DNA of 64,000 nucleotides, taken from NCBI GenBank assembly GCA_964016885.1, contig OZ024743.1, positions 64,356,001-64,420,000 on the forward strand, in the 5' to 3' direction. The translations under genes were made by a program, and so were the position numbers. Below the pieces are notes generated by a model. It was not told where the DNA came from and did not search any database. It worked only from the letters and a program-made list of their open reading frames with translations. This document shows positions 13,451 through 25,600 of this stretch, piece by piece. Positions within the stretch are counted from its first letter, which is position 1. Each line of letters begins with the position of its first letter. This DNA comes from Eledone cirrhosa (lineage: Eukaryota).

Positions 13451-14029
13451 CACTCTCTCTACCCCCCCTTTATACGTGTCTGTCTCTCTGTTTCCTTCTC
13501 TCCCACTCTCTCCTTATTCCTCTCTCTATCACTCTCTAGCCTCCATTTTACAAGCTAAGGCATCTTTATTTATTTATTTCTAGATGTAAATTTTCTTTTA
13601 TGTATTCATCTGTTTTTGTCGAAAGACACCCGTAAATTTCCTGTCCATTCTTTATATTTATTTTCCTGCCTCGTGCGTCTTACTGCGTCTTACCAAAACA
13701 GCGATCTCCGATCTGTTACGTAAACTGCCATCACAATTGCGCGAAATTGCACGCCTGCAATATGGCTGATGAAGTAGAGATACAACTGTCTATTTAACTC
13801 ATGTGACTTATTTAATATAGAAATGGCTTCTACAGGACTAGAACTGTTTCATTCGGAGGAAATCATCATCAAGAAAGCCGACTGTCAATGTAATATGGTG
13901 GTATTTATACATTTTCTGGTAGTAGGGGAGGGTGGTAATTGGGATGGGTGGAGGTAATTGGCTGATGGGTTTAAAGAAAGGGGATTCTTTAAAAAACTAT
14001 ATTTAGAGAAAAATACAGTGATACAAAGC

Positions 14030-14076
<47 letters not shown>

Positions 14077-14081
<5 letters not shown>

Positions 14082-17000
14082 ATAAATGCTCTGAAATAGC
14101 GATATATATGTGAATATAGACATAGAATATTCGAAAATATTCTGTATGTTTATAATAAACATTTTGAAGACCTAATCGCTATAGAATAGAATACGTCACG
14201 TATTACAATTAGATTCTCGATAAAAGCAAGGGAAGTAATCTACGCGTTTCATTCTTATTAGAAATCTTCAGGACTACATATCCAGTGCTTTTATCGAGAA
14301 TGACACAGCTAGAGACTTATAGAATACTTAGCTGTGTACAGGAACTGGTTTGAAAGAGCGGTTGCCGGTCCGGCAGAAATTAGAAATTGGAATAAATGCT
14401 CTGAAATAGCGATATATATGTGAATATAGACATAGAATATTCGAAAATATTCTGTATGTTTATAATAAACATTTTGAAGACCTAATCGCTATAGAATAGA
14501 ATACGTCACGTATTACAATTAGATTCTCGATAAAAGCAAGGGAAGTAATCTACGCGTTTCATTCTTATTAGAAATCTTCAGGACTACATATCCAGTGCTT
14601 TTATCGAGAATGACACAGCTAGAGACTTATAGAATACTTAGCTGTGTACAGGAACTGGTTTGAAAGAGCGGTTGCCGGTCCGGCAGAAATTAGAAATTGG
14701 AATAAATGCTCTGAAATAGCGATATATATGTGAATATAGACATAGAATATTCGAAAATATTCTGTATGTTTATAATAAACATTTTGAAGACCTAATCGCT
14801 ATAGAATAGAATACGTCACGTATTACAATTAGATTCTCGATAAAAGCAAGGGAAGTAATCTACGCGTTTCATTCTTATTAGAAATCTTCAGGACTACATA
14901 TCCAGTGCTTTTATCGAGAATGACACAGCTAGAGACTTATAGAATACTTAGCTGTGTACAGGAACTGGTTTGAAAGAGCGGTTGCCGGTCCGGCAGAAAT
15001 TAGAAATTGGAATAAATGCTCTGAAATAGCGATATATATGTGAATATAGACATAGAATATTCGAAAATATTCTGTATGTTTATAATAAACATTTTGAAGA
15101 CCTAATCGCTATAGAATAGAATACGTCACGTATTACAATTAGATTCTCGATAAAAGCAAGGGAAGTAATCTACGCGTTTCATTCTTATTAGAAATCTTCA
15201 GGACTACATATCCAGTGCTTTTATCGAGAATGACACAGCTAGAGACTTATAGAATACTTAGCTGTGTACAGGAACTGGTTTGAAAGAGCGGTTGCCGGTC
15301 CGGCAGAAATTAGAAATTGGAATAAATGCTCTGAAATAGCGATATATATGTGAATATAGACATAGAATATTCGAAAATATTCTGTATGTTTATAATAAAC
15401 ATTTTGAAGACCTAATCGCTATAGAATAGAATACGTCACGTATTACAATTAGATTCTCGATAAAAGCAAGGGAAGTAATCTACGCGTTTCATTCTTATTA
15501 GAAATCTTCAGGACTACATATCCAGTGCTTTTATCGAGAATGACACAGCTAGAGACTTATAGAATACTTAGCTGTGTACAGGAACTGGTTTGAAAGAGCG
15601 GTTGCCGGTCCGGCAGAAATTAGAAATTGGAATAAATGCTCTGAAATAGCGATATATATGTGAATATAGACATAGAATATTCGAAAATATTCTGTATGTT
15701 TATAATAAACATTTTGAAGACCTAATCGCTATAGAATAGAATACGTCACGTATTACAATTAGATTCTCGATAAAAGCAAGGGAAGTAATCTACGCGTTTC
15801 ATTCTTATTAGAAATCTTCAGGACTACATATCCAGTGCTTTTATCGAGAATGACACAGCTAGAGACTTATAGAATACTTAGCTGTGTACAGGAACTGGTT
15901 TGAAAGAGCGGTTGCCGGTCCGGCAGAAATTAGAAATTGGAATAAATGCTCTGAAATAGCGATATATATGTGAATATAGACATAGAATATTCGAAAATAT
16001 TCTGTATGTTTATAATAAACATTTTGAAGACCTAATCGCTATAGAATAGAATACGTCACGTATTACAATTAGATTCTCGATAAAAGCAAGGGAAGTAATC
16101 TACGCGTTTCATTCTTATTAGAAATCTTCAGGACTACATATCCAGTGCTTTTATCGAGAATGACACAGCTAGAGACTTATAGAATACTTAGCTGTGTACA
16201 GGAACTGGTTTGAAAGAGCGGTTGCCGGTCCGGCAGAAATTAGAAATTGGAATAAATGCTCTGAAATAGCGATATATATGTGAATATAGACATAGAATAT
16301 TCGAAAATATTCTGTATGTTTATAATAAACATTTTGAAGACCTAATCGCTATAGAATAGAATACGTCACGTATTACAATTAGATTCTCGATAAAAGCAAG
16401 GGAAGTAATCTACGCGTTTCATTCTTATTAGAAATCTTCAGGACTACATATCCAGTGCTTTTATCGAGAATGACACAGCTAGAGACTTATAGAATACTTA
16501 GCTGTGTACAGGAACTGGTTTGAAAGAGCGGTTGCCGGTCCGGCAGAAATTAGAAATTGGAATAAATGCTCTGAAATAGCGATATATATGTGAATATAGA
16601 CATAGAATATTCGAAAATATTCTGTATGTTTATAATAAACATTTTGAAGACCTAATCGCTATAGAATAGAATACGTCACGTATTACAATTAGATTCTCGA
16701 TAAAAGCAAGGGAAGTAATCTACGCGTTTCATTCTTATTAGAAATCTTCAGGACTACATATCCAGTGCTTTTATCGAGAATGACACAGCTAGAGACTTAT
16801 AGAATACTTAGCTGTGTACAGGAACTGGTTTGAAAGAGCGGTTGCCGGTCCGGCAGAAATTAGAAATTGGAATAAATGCTCTGAAATAGCGATATATATG
16901 TGAATATAGACATAGAATATTCGAAAATATTCTGTATGTTTATAATAAACATTTTGAAGACCTAATCGCTATAGAATAGAATACGTCACGTATTACAATT

Positions 17001-18286
17001 AGATTCTCGATAAAAGCAAGGGAAGTAATCTACGCGTTTCATTCTTATTAGAAATCTTCAGGACTACATATCCAGTGCTTTTATCGAGAATGACACAGCT
17101 AGAGACTTATAGAATACTTAGCTGTGTACAGGAACTGGTTTGAAAGAGCGGTTGCCGGTCCGGCAGAAATTAGAAATTGGAATAAATGCTCTGAAATAGC
17201 GATATATATGTGAATATAGACATAGAATATTCGAAAATATTCTGTATGTTTATAATAAACATTTTGAAGACCTAATCGCTATAGAATAGAATACGTCACG
17301 TATTACAATTAGATTCTCGATAAAAGCAAGGGAAGTAATCTACGCGTTTCATTCTTATTAGAAATCTTCAGGACTACATATCCAGTGCTTTTATCGAGAA
17401 TGACACAGCTAGAGACTTATAGAATACTTAGCTGTGTACAGGAACTGGTTTGAAAGAGCGGTTGCCGGTCCGGCAGAAATTAGAAATTGGAATAAATGCT
17501 CTGAAATAGCGATATATATGTGAATATAGACATAGAATATTCGAAAATATTCTGTATGTTTATAATAAACATTTTGAAGACCTAATCGCTATAGAATAGA
17601 ATACGTCACGTATTACAATTAGATTCTCGATAAAAGCAAGGGAAGTAATCTACGCGTTTCATTCTTATTAGAAATCTTCAGGACTACATATCCAGTGCTT
17701 TTATCGAGAATGACACAGCTAGAGACTTATAGAATACTTAGCTGTGTACAGGAACTGGTTTGAAAGAGCGGTTGCCGGTCCGGCAGAAATTAGAAATTGG
17801 AATAAATGCTCTGAAATAGCGATATATATGTGAATATAGACATAGAATATTCGAAAATATTCTGTATGTTTATAATAAACATTTTGAAGACCTAATCGCT
17901 ATAGAATAGAATACGTCACGTATTACAATTAGATTCTCGATAAAAGCAAGGGAAGTAATCTACGCGTTTCATTCTTATTAGAAATCTTCAGGACTACATA
18001 TCCAGTGCTTTTATCGAGAATGACACAGCTAGAGACTTATAGAATACTTAGCTGTGTACAGGAACTGGTTTGAAAGAGCGGTTGCCGGTCCGGCAGAAAT
18101 TAGAAATTGGAATAAATGCTCTGAAATAGCGATATATATGTGAATATAGACATAGAATATTCGAAAATATTCTGTATGTTTATAATAAACATTTTGAAGA
18201 CCTAATCGCTATAGAATAGAATACGTCACGTATTACAATTAGATTCTCGATAAAAGCAAGGGAAGTAATCTACGCGTTTCATTCTT
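14077..18286 (-). mobile_element. Tandem array of 310-bp units (13 full + 180 bp), each full unit with a hammerhead: non-LTR retrozyme / Penelope pLTR-like array
   Basis: Unit starts at 14077, 14387 ... 18107; units appear identical; no ORF; begins in (TA)n. Confidence 0.9.
14213..14301 (-). ncRNA. Type I hammerhead ribozyme (first of 13, repeated every 310 bp)
   Basis: Minus strand GTAGTC-CTGAAGA-TTTCT AATA AGAAT-GAAA-CGCG-TA-GATTAC; helix I extended by 16-bp ATTCTCGATAAAAGCA/TGCTTTTATCGAGAAT after an internal loop. Confidence 0.9.
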
Positions 18287-18546
18287 CGGACCGGCAACCG
18301 CTCTTTCAAACCAGTTCCTGTACACAGCTAAGTATTCTATAAGTCTCTAGCTGTGTCATTCTCGATAAAAGCACTGGATATGTAGTCCTGAAGATTTCTA
18401 ATAAGAATGAAACGCGTAGATTACTTCCCTTGCTTTTATCGAGAATCTAATTGTAATACGTGATGTATTCTATTCTATAGCGATTAGGTCTTCAAAATGT
18501 TTATTATAAACATACAGAATATTTTCGAATATTCTATGTCTATATT

Positions 18547-18558
<12 letters not shown>
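18287..18558 (+). mobile_element. Inverted partial copy of the 310-bp unit with an intact HHR (core 18382-18424)
   Basis: Reverse complement of the unit with one visible substitution; ends in (TA)n. Confidence 0.9.
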
Positions 18559-18583
<25 letters not shown>

Positions 18584-18876
18584 ATATATATATATATTTA
18601 TGCAAAAGCAAAAGACAATCAGAAATAACACAGCAAACGAAATAACGTCGAGTACTCTGGTGCGTTATGGTCCACCTGGTTCCTTACCACACTTCCTTCG
18701 TTATATATATATATATATATATATAGGCAGATGTCACACAATGCAGCCTCGACAGAAGAATACTGCTTGATTATGGCAGACAATTGATACACCCAGGACA
18801 CCATAGTGAAATACCAATATATGGAACATTACATTATGTAACATTCTTTCCTTATTTTAATTTATATACCTTTGAA

Positions 18877-18995
18877 GTTCAGATGAGCCGCTCTATCTTT
18901 AATTATGTTAATTATTTTCAACTGAACCAGATCAATAATGATATATAGTCATTTGATCCAGAAATATTATATGGAGTAGCGAAACAATTGTAAAC
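18877..18995 (+). ncRNA. Degenerate type I HHR (CAGATGA core, long helix II)
   Basis: GTT-CAGATGA-GCCGCTCTAT..ATGGAGTAGC-GAAA-CAATTG-TA-AAC. Confidence 0.5.
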
Positions 18996-19022
18996 GGACA
19001 TTATTATTATTAATATTATTAA

Positions 19023-19200
19023 GGGCGGTGGATTGACAGTATCGGTAGAGGGTTGGATGCCATGCTTTAATGCATAGAGTTACGGCCCTTGCCATTCTGA
19101 GTTCAAATCCCGCCGAGGTAAACTTTGCCTTTCATCCTTACGGGGTCGACAGTAATGTACTGGGTAATTGCTGGCCTTGTGCCAAATGTAGAAACAATTA
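19023..19200 (+). mobile_element. tRNA-derived SINE (octopod-type)
   Basis: GGGCGGTGGATTG..A-box-like head, B box GAGTTCAAATCCC, tail GGCCTTGTGCCAAA.GTAGAAACAATT. Confidence 0.88.
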
Positions 19201-19314
19201 TTATTAATATTATTATTATTATTCTCTACATTCCTTACATCAAACTAAAATATGTTGACAATCTTTTAATAATGTCTTCCTTGTGAAATTTGTGGTCTTG
19301 TTTTGCTTAACTAA

Positions 19315-19364
<50 letters not shown>

Positions 19365-19655
19365 TAAATTAGCGAGAATCGTATTTCAGCTCAGGAATTA
19401 ACGAAAAACAACTTCCGAGATGTGTGGCAAGCGCTCGATGATTCATATGAATCAGAGCTACAACATACGTTAAAGTCCAAACACACTGTGATGGTGGTTA
19501 AACTAATCATCCGCACAGTAAAAAAAACGACCAAGTAATTCGGGTCAAACAATAAAAATATATGTGATTGAAAATTTACCCGGACCCACTGGACTGATGG
19601 TAAAATCCAGTATTTGGGTTTCTGCGACTCCATAAATCAAATACTGTCCGCTTAC

Positions 19656-19721
<66 letters not shown>

Positions 19722-19872
19722 TAGCAAAGAAAATTTCAATGATACGAAAGATTTCCTGGTGGAAATTCAGGTGTACTCCGGGTTGGTATCCAGTTACGGG
19801 GTGAAAATCAAATTAGAAAATACAGCGAATGTGTTGTTGTTTTTGTTTACTTTTTACATTTATATATATACA

Positions 19873-20010
19873 TATAGTGAAAAATGGAACGGGAACAAAA
19901 CAGAGAGGCAATACGAACAAAGGTTTATTAGTTTCACGCTCTTGAGAGTGGTGGTGGGGGGGGGGGGAGTTTCGGGCATAAGCCCTTCTTCAGGCGAAAA
20001 GAGTGTGGGA
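19873..20010 (-). mobile_element. Penelope-like pLTR with minimal HHR core (19965-19996)
   Basis: Minus strand CTGAAGA-AGGGCTTATGCCC-GAAAC; homologous to 55300-55440. Confidence 0.7.
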
Positions 20011-20757
20011 AGAGAGTTCTGAAGGTGTGTATGGGAGTGGGGGAGAGACATTTAGAAAAAGGGGGGGGGGAACAGTGGAAGGGGTACAAATAAAAATAAA
20101 TATAAAAAAAATAAAAATTAAAATAAACATGAAGATAAACAAGTGGTGGAAGGGTGGGGGGCGTGTAGGGGTGGTGGCGTGTGGAGGTGTGGAGTGGGGA
20201 GAGGGAAGCGAGGTGTCCGAGCTGGGAGGGCTGAAGGTGGTGTATGTGTGTAGGTGTACGTGTGTGTGTGTGTGTATGTGAATGTGAGAGTTGGGGGAAG
20301 AACGAGGTTCCATGCTCAGAAAAAGGTTTGTGTGTGGGGTGGGGTGTAGGTCGGTGTGTGTGTGCGCGTGTGGATGGGGAGGGGTCAGATGGGTGGGTGA
20401 GGGGAGGAGATGATTCCGGATGCTGAGTGTGTATATATGTGGGGGTATGCACGTGTGTGTGGTGTTTATACGTATTATGGAGTAGGTGGCGTGGTTGGAA
20501 AAAAAATGTTGTGAGTGTATGTCCGTGGGTAAGTTCCTAAGGTAGTTCCATAGAGGGTGTGGTGAGATGCCGCATATTTTCCTTGTGATGGAGTTGATGG
20601 TGGGAACGATTGAATGTGTGTAATCCGTGGTTGTGTTGGTCGGAAGAGGGGAGATGTGGGGTGCGCGCGCAACAGGAAGTGGTCAGAGAGTCAAGGCAGA
20701 AGGAGGGTAGAGGAGAATGACAGGTAGAGAGGGCTGTGTGTCTGTGTGTGCGGAGAA

Positions 20758-20808
<51 letters not shown>

Positions 20809-20867
20809 TATTGAACTTTTGCCTTTCTTGAGGAGATTTTTCAAATATTTCACTATGTTTTAAATTG

Positions 20868-20935
20868 CCTTGTCCGACGAACGAATGAGGACGTTTCTTG
20901 TATTCGTCTTATTCGGGAAACTTCTGGTAATGAGG
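20868..20935 (+). ncRNA. Degenerate type I HHR (CCGACGA core)
   Basis: CCTTGT-CCGACGA-ACGAATGAGGACG..CGTCTTATTCGG-GAAA-CTTCTGG-TA-ATGAGG. Confidence 0.5.
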
Positions 20936-21022
<87 letters not shown>

Positions 21023-21637
21023 TTATGCAAAAGACAATCACAAATAACAAAGCGAACGACACGGTAGATTGAAGCAATATGTTATTAGTTTTACGCTTGA
21101 TATAGTAGGAAAAGAGTCTTAACGTCCTTTATCAGAAAATAGAATGAGAAATTAAAGAAGTAGAATTATAGAGGAAAGTGGGCTGTGGCACTAAAATTGC
21201 TTTGAAAAAGACATATCTATTCAAGTCGCCATCTCATAGTTAACAATTAAACAGCTACCCGGTTACTAAATTAACCGATGAATGTATTCGTTACTCAACT
21301 AATAATAAAATAAAATGAAAATCAACTGATGCGCATGTTTTTTATTGCCAGAATGACCCTCCCAAAGAATGTCAATATCTATTTCAACTCACAATTTCAC
21401 ACCAAGAACCTTGCAAAACAAATAGAAATACGTAGTATATATAGTTTTTATTTTATGTGGGGTTTGTTGATATAATCGTTTTTGTACTGACCGGTTTCAC
21501 TGTGGGTAGTCTTTCAATGTTTCATTTTCAAAATTACATTTTTGCTGGGGAGATACAAGGTGGGTATAGAGATATGTAAAATCCCGACTGCTTGGCGCCG
21601 CAGTCAGGATATCATATCTCCCTCTGTGTCTCTCTCA

Positions 21638-21718
<81 letters not shown>

Positions 21719-21719
21719 C

Positions 21720-21807
<88 letters not shown>

Positions 21808-21828
21808 ATATATATACATACATACATA

Positions 21829-21872
<44 letters not shown>

Positions 21873-21879
21873 CATACAT

Positions 21880-21911
<32 letters not shown>

Positions 21912-22181
21912 GCAAAGGGATATTTAATTTGTTGGTAATTCAACAAATATATATATTTATAACAGATACGAAGCACTCGACAAGTTTTCTGGAGTATAAT
22001 ATCAATAATATTAATAAATGGAAACTATATTTATAAAACCATATTTATTCTATTATATATATTTCAAGGGTACCAAAACTTTGGTACGCTCTAATCAGAT
22101 AAAATACAAAGTTTGTTTTATAAATATTGACATATCCAGGAATGAGACCTTAACGGTTCAAGTTTTACCTGTATAGGTAAA

Positions 22182-22295
<114 letters not shown>

Positions 22296-22376
22296 TTTAT
22301 CCCGAGTTCAATCAGGGGTAATCACAGTAAGTAAGTTACTCGATATATCGCAAAGTATAATATTTAATATAGAAAT

Positions 22377-22428
22377 GGTTCCTACAGCACTAGAACTGTT
22401 TCATTCGGAGGAAATCATCAGGAAAGCC
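22377..22428 (-). ncRNA. Type I HHR in a dispersed pLTR family (relatives at 13825-13879 and 60857-60929; pLTR tail also at 38634-38715)
   Basis: Minus strand CTTTC-CTGATGA-TTTC CTCC GAAT-GAAA-CAG..CTG-TA-GGAACC. Confidence 0.65.
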
Positions 22429-22609
22429 TGATAAATAAGACCGCTATTACTCCAATCAGTCTCCTCGCCCTTTGCAAATACTCTAAACCGAACGCCAACC
22501 TATAACCATGACTCCTGCCAAACAAACCATACTTAGCCTACCACACTCCCAAACTAAGCTTACGCATCCAGATCTTAATAGCCACCTAATGGAGAAGCAT
22601 ATATATATA

Positions 22610-22667
<58 letters not shown>

Positions 22668-22673
<6 letters not shown>

Positions 22674-22883
22674 ACCTATAATCTCACTTGGAGCTTACTG
22701 TCCAGAGCTAACTCTTACACGGTAGGACGCCGTCCGTGTAACTTATGCTCGGAGGAAACATTACAAATGCTGTTTTCTAAGGACCAACTCCTAAACAAGA
22801 AAGACGAACTGGTAACCGCATGCAAACACAGATTGCGTAGGACGTACCTCGCCCTCAAACCCCATAACGACCCGGGTGGGTAG
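22668..22883 (+). pseudogene. C-terminus of a Penelope-like GIY-YIG endonuclease (CxxC..CxH type)
   Basis: Manual translation NITYNLTWSLLSRANSYTVGRRPCNLCSEETLQMLFSKDQLLNKKDELVTACKHRLRRTYLALKPHNDPGG*; no start codon, so absent from the ORF track. Confidence 0.75.
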
Positions 22884-23743
22884 ACAAGGGCTGATACCCC
22901 CCCCCCCCACTTGCCGATTTTGTAAGGGAAAACCCCTGCTTACATAGGTAGAAGTAACCTTTTTTCTTTTCCTTTACGTTCCATCCTCTCCCCCCATCTC
23001 ATCCTATTCCTTCCACCTCCGATCGCCTTCCTCGTCTGTCTTTCACCTTTCGCCTACTCCGATGCAGCCCATCGGTCCTCTGTAGCCTCAGTACCCCCTC
23101 CCCTGTAATTTTAAGATAGAATTGGCCTATTACGCTTTTTATAGCAGATGTGTTAGATCCCGTAATTGTTTCTTTTTTGTTACTACTCCATTTCTACAAT
23201 TTCTAAATTCCTTATTTAGTAATTTTGTTCTCAACTTATTAACCTGTCATCGTAAGATAGCATTGGCTGATTACACTTTACTAACTATTTATAGCAGCGG
23301 TGTTACACCCCCTGTAAAGCCAGCTTTAAAAATGTTTTTCACTACCAACTACAATCTCGTTTTTTCCCATTCTCTACCTATTAAACTTTTCTATAGCTTA
23401 GCAATACCTACTAATTTTTAGCAACTGTTTTTGTTTTTTTCATTTCTCACTATCAATATTGTCTTTATATATTTATTTTTTTAAATAGTTTTATTTTACT
23501 CCCTTTCGACCTACCTATTCTTTACCCCCCCCCCCTCCTTTTCTCCAGTAGAATTTTTCGACCTTTTATACACTATCTTTAGAATCTGCTGTATAGATTT
23601 CACCTTCAACGCCTGACTATTTGTTCTACCGGCAAGTTCAGCCACCCCTACCTCCCACCAAATCCCATGATAGATTTATCTGTCTTTATAACAAATTTTA
23701 ACCAATCATCTTGACAATTACTATCTTCCCATATAAAGAAATT

Positions 23744-23837
23744 CCCCTTGAGAAGTTTGGCTATTTATTTACCAGGCTAAACATTCTTATTTAGTCCAGA
23801 AATAGCCGTCGAAACGGCTTGAGCTCTGCCGTCGGGG
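23744..23837 (+). ncRNA. Type I HHR with U3-A8 core variant
   Basis: CCCC-TTGAGAA-..GGCTATTT..AAATAGCC GTC-GAAA-CGGC TTGAGCTCT GCCG-TC-GGGG. Confidence 0.65.
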
Positions 23838-23993
23838 TCATACTTGTTCCTATTACCCACTCTACTACCCTAAGTATTGAGTACTTTGGTGCGTTATGGT
23901 CCATCTGGTTCCTTACCACAATTCCTTCGTTATATGTGTGTTTGTGTGTTGTGTGTGTGTGTGTTGTGTGTGTGTGTGTGTGTGTGTATGTGT

Positions 23994-24109
<116 letters not shown>

Positions 24110-24204
24110 ATATATATACATAATAATTGAACTGTGTGTATGATATATACACCAGTAATACTTTAGTGAGGCTGATGTATACATGCAATAAATTAAGTAT
24201 ATTG

Positions 24205-24248
<44 letters not shown>

Positions 24249-24461
24249 GTTCAAGACCCCGAGACGCCAGAGCTCAAGCTGTTTCAACGGCTATTTTTCA
24301 GAAATAGCCGTCGAAACGGCTTGAGCTCTACCGTCGGGGTCTTGTACATTTTCCTATTACCCACTCTACTACCCTAAGTATTGAGTACTCTGGTGCGTTA
24401 TGGTCCACCTGGTTCCTTACCACACTTCCTTCGTTACATATATGTGTGTGTCTGTATGTGT

Positions 24462-24579
<118 letters not shown>

Positions 24580-25026
24580 ATATATATACATAATAATTGA
24601 ACTGTGTGTATGATATATACACCAGTAATACTTTAGTGAGGCTGATGTATACATGCAATAAATTAAGTATATTGATTTAGCTCTGCCAAAAGTCGGTTTT
24701 GAATTACTTACAATGATACATATTATACATGTAGTAATTCTGAACACGAACTCATGTACTGTTAATTATATTTATTACAATAAATCTGGATTTATACAGA
24801 TACAGAACATAGAAACGTACATAAAAACACAAAATGCGCATATATATATATATTCAAGCGAAATTCTTTCCTTGCTCACATTTCAACCAGGTTTGATGGT
24901 CTTTTGTCTCTTGTTCACGATTTCACCGAGTTTATATTCATAGAGATCTGGGACTTGTCTATTTCCTCTCACTTTCCGTTGCTTAAACTTTTTTGTTTGT
25001 TACCCTGGCGTCCCCTTTGTTTACGT

Positions 25027-25128
25027 GTCCCAACGACTTTTTTTAGCCGTTGTTCGCACCAACCTGAGGCATATGGCCCTTAAAGCGATGAAATGCCTGC
25101 GACGGTTGGAGGGTCACTGATGAAGGAC
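25027..25128 (+). ncRNA. Candidate non-circularly permuted, kink-turn hammerhead-like RNA (copy A)
   Basis: GGCA-TA-TGGCCCT..GCGAT-GAAA-TGCC..AGGGTCA-CTGATGA-A-GGAC; stems covary with copies B and C. Confidence 0.55.
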
Positions 25129-25177
25129 CTACTTTTTCACATGCCCCACCATTTTCAACGGGCAGCCTATTATTATC

Positions 25178-25260
<83 letters not shown>

Positions 25261-25459
25261 ATTTATGTTATGTTGTTTACCAGTGAGTAGGTCTGGTGAT
25301 CACGGTCAGTAAAGTATGATGCAATAAAGTAAAGCACTCGACGTTATGCAGAACATCTATCGTAGATGTAGTATCCGGTAGCTGTTGGAGGGACGGAGTT
25401 GAATACTCATTTCCCTTTAAAGAATGTTTCCAGCCCGGCTTTCGGTTGTTTTTTAATGA

Positions 25460-25575
<116 letters not shown>

Positions 25576-25600
25576 GTGTGTGTGTGTGTGTATATATATA

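Larger units (their letters stand above)
22668..23935 (+). mobile_element. 5'-truncated Penelope-like element: endonuclease tail, 3' UTR and pLTR with HHR
   Basis: Starts in (TA)n; pLTR tail recurs at 24299-24437, 18650-18703 and (inverted) 53086-53163. Confidence 0.72.

Noticed and set aside
14077-18286. CRISPR array or rDNA/5S cluster
   Set aside because: Units are fully identical with no variable spacers, there are no cas genes, and there is no rRNA-like sequence.
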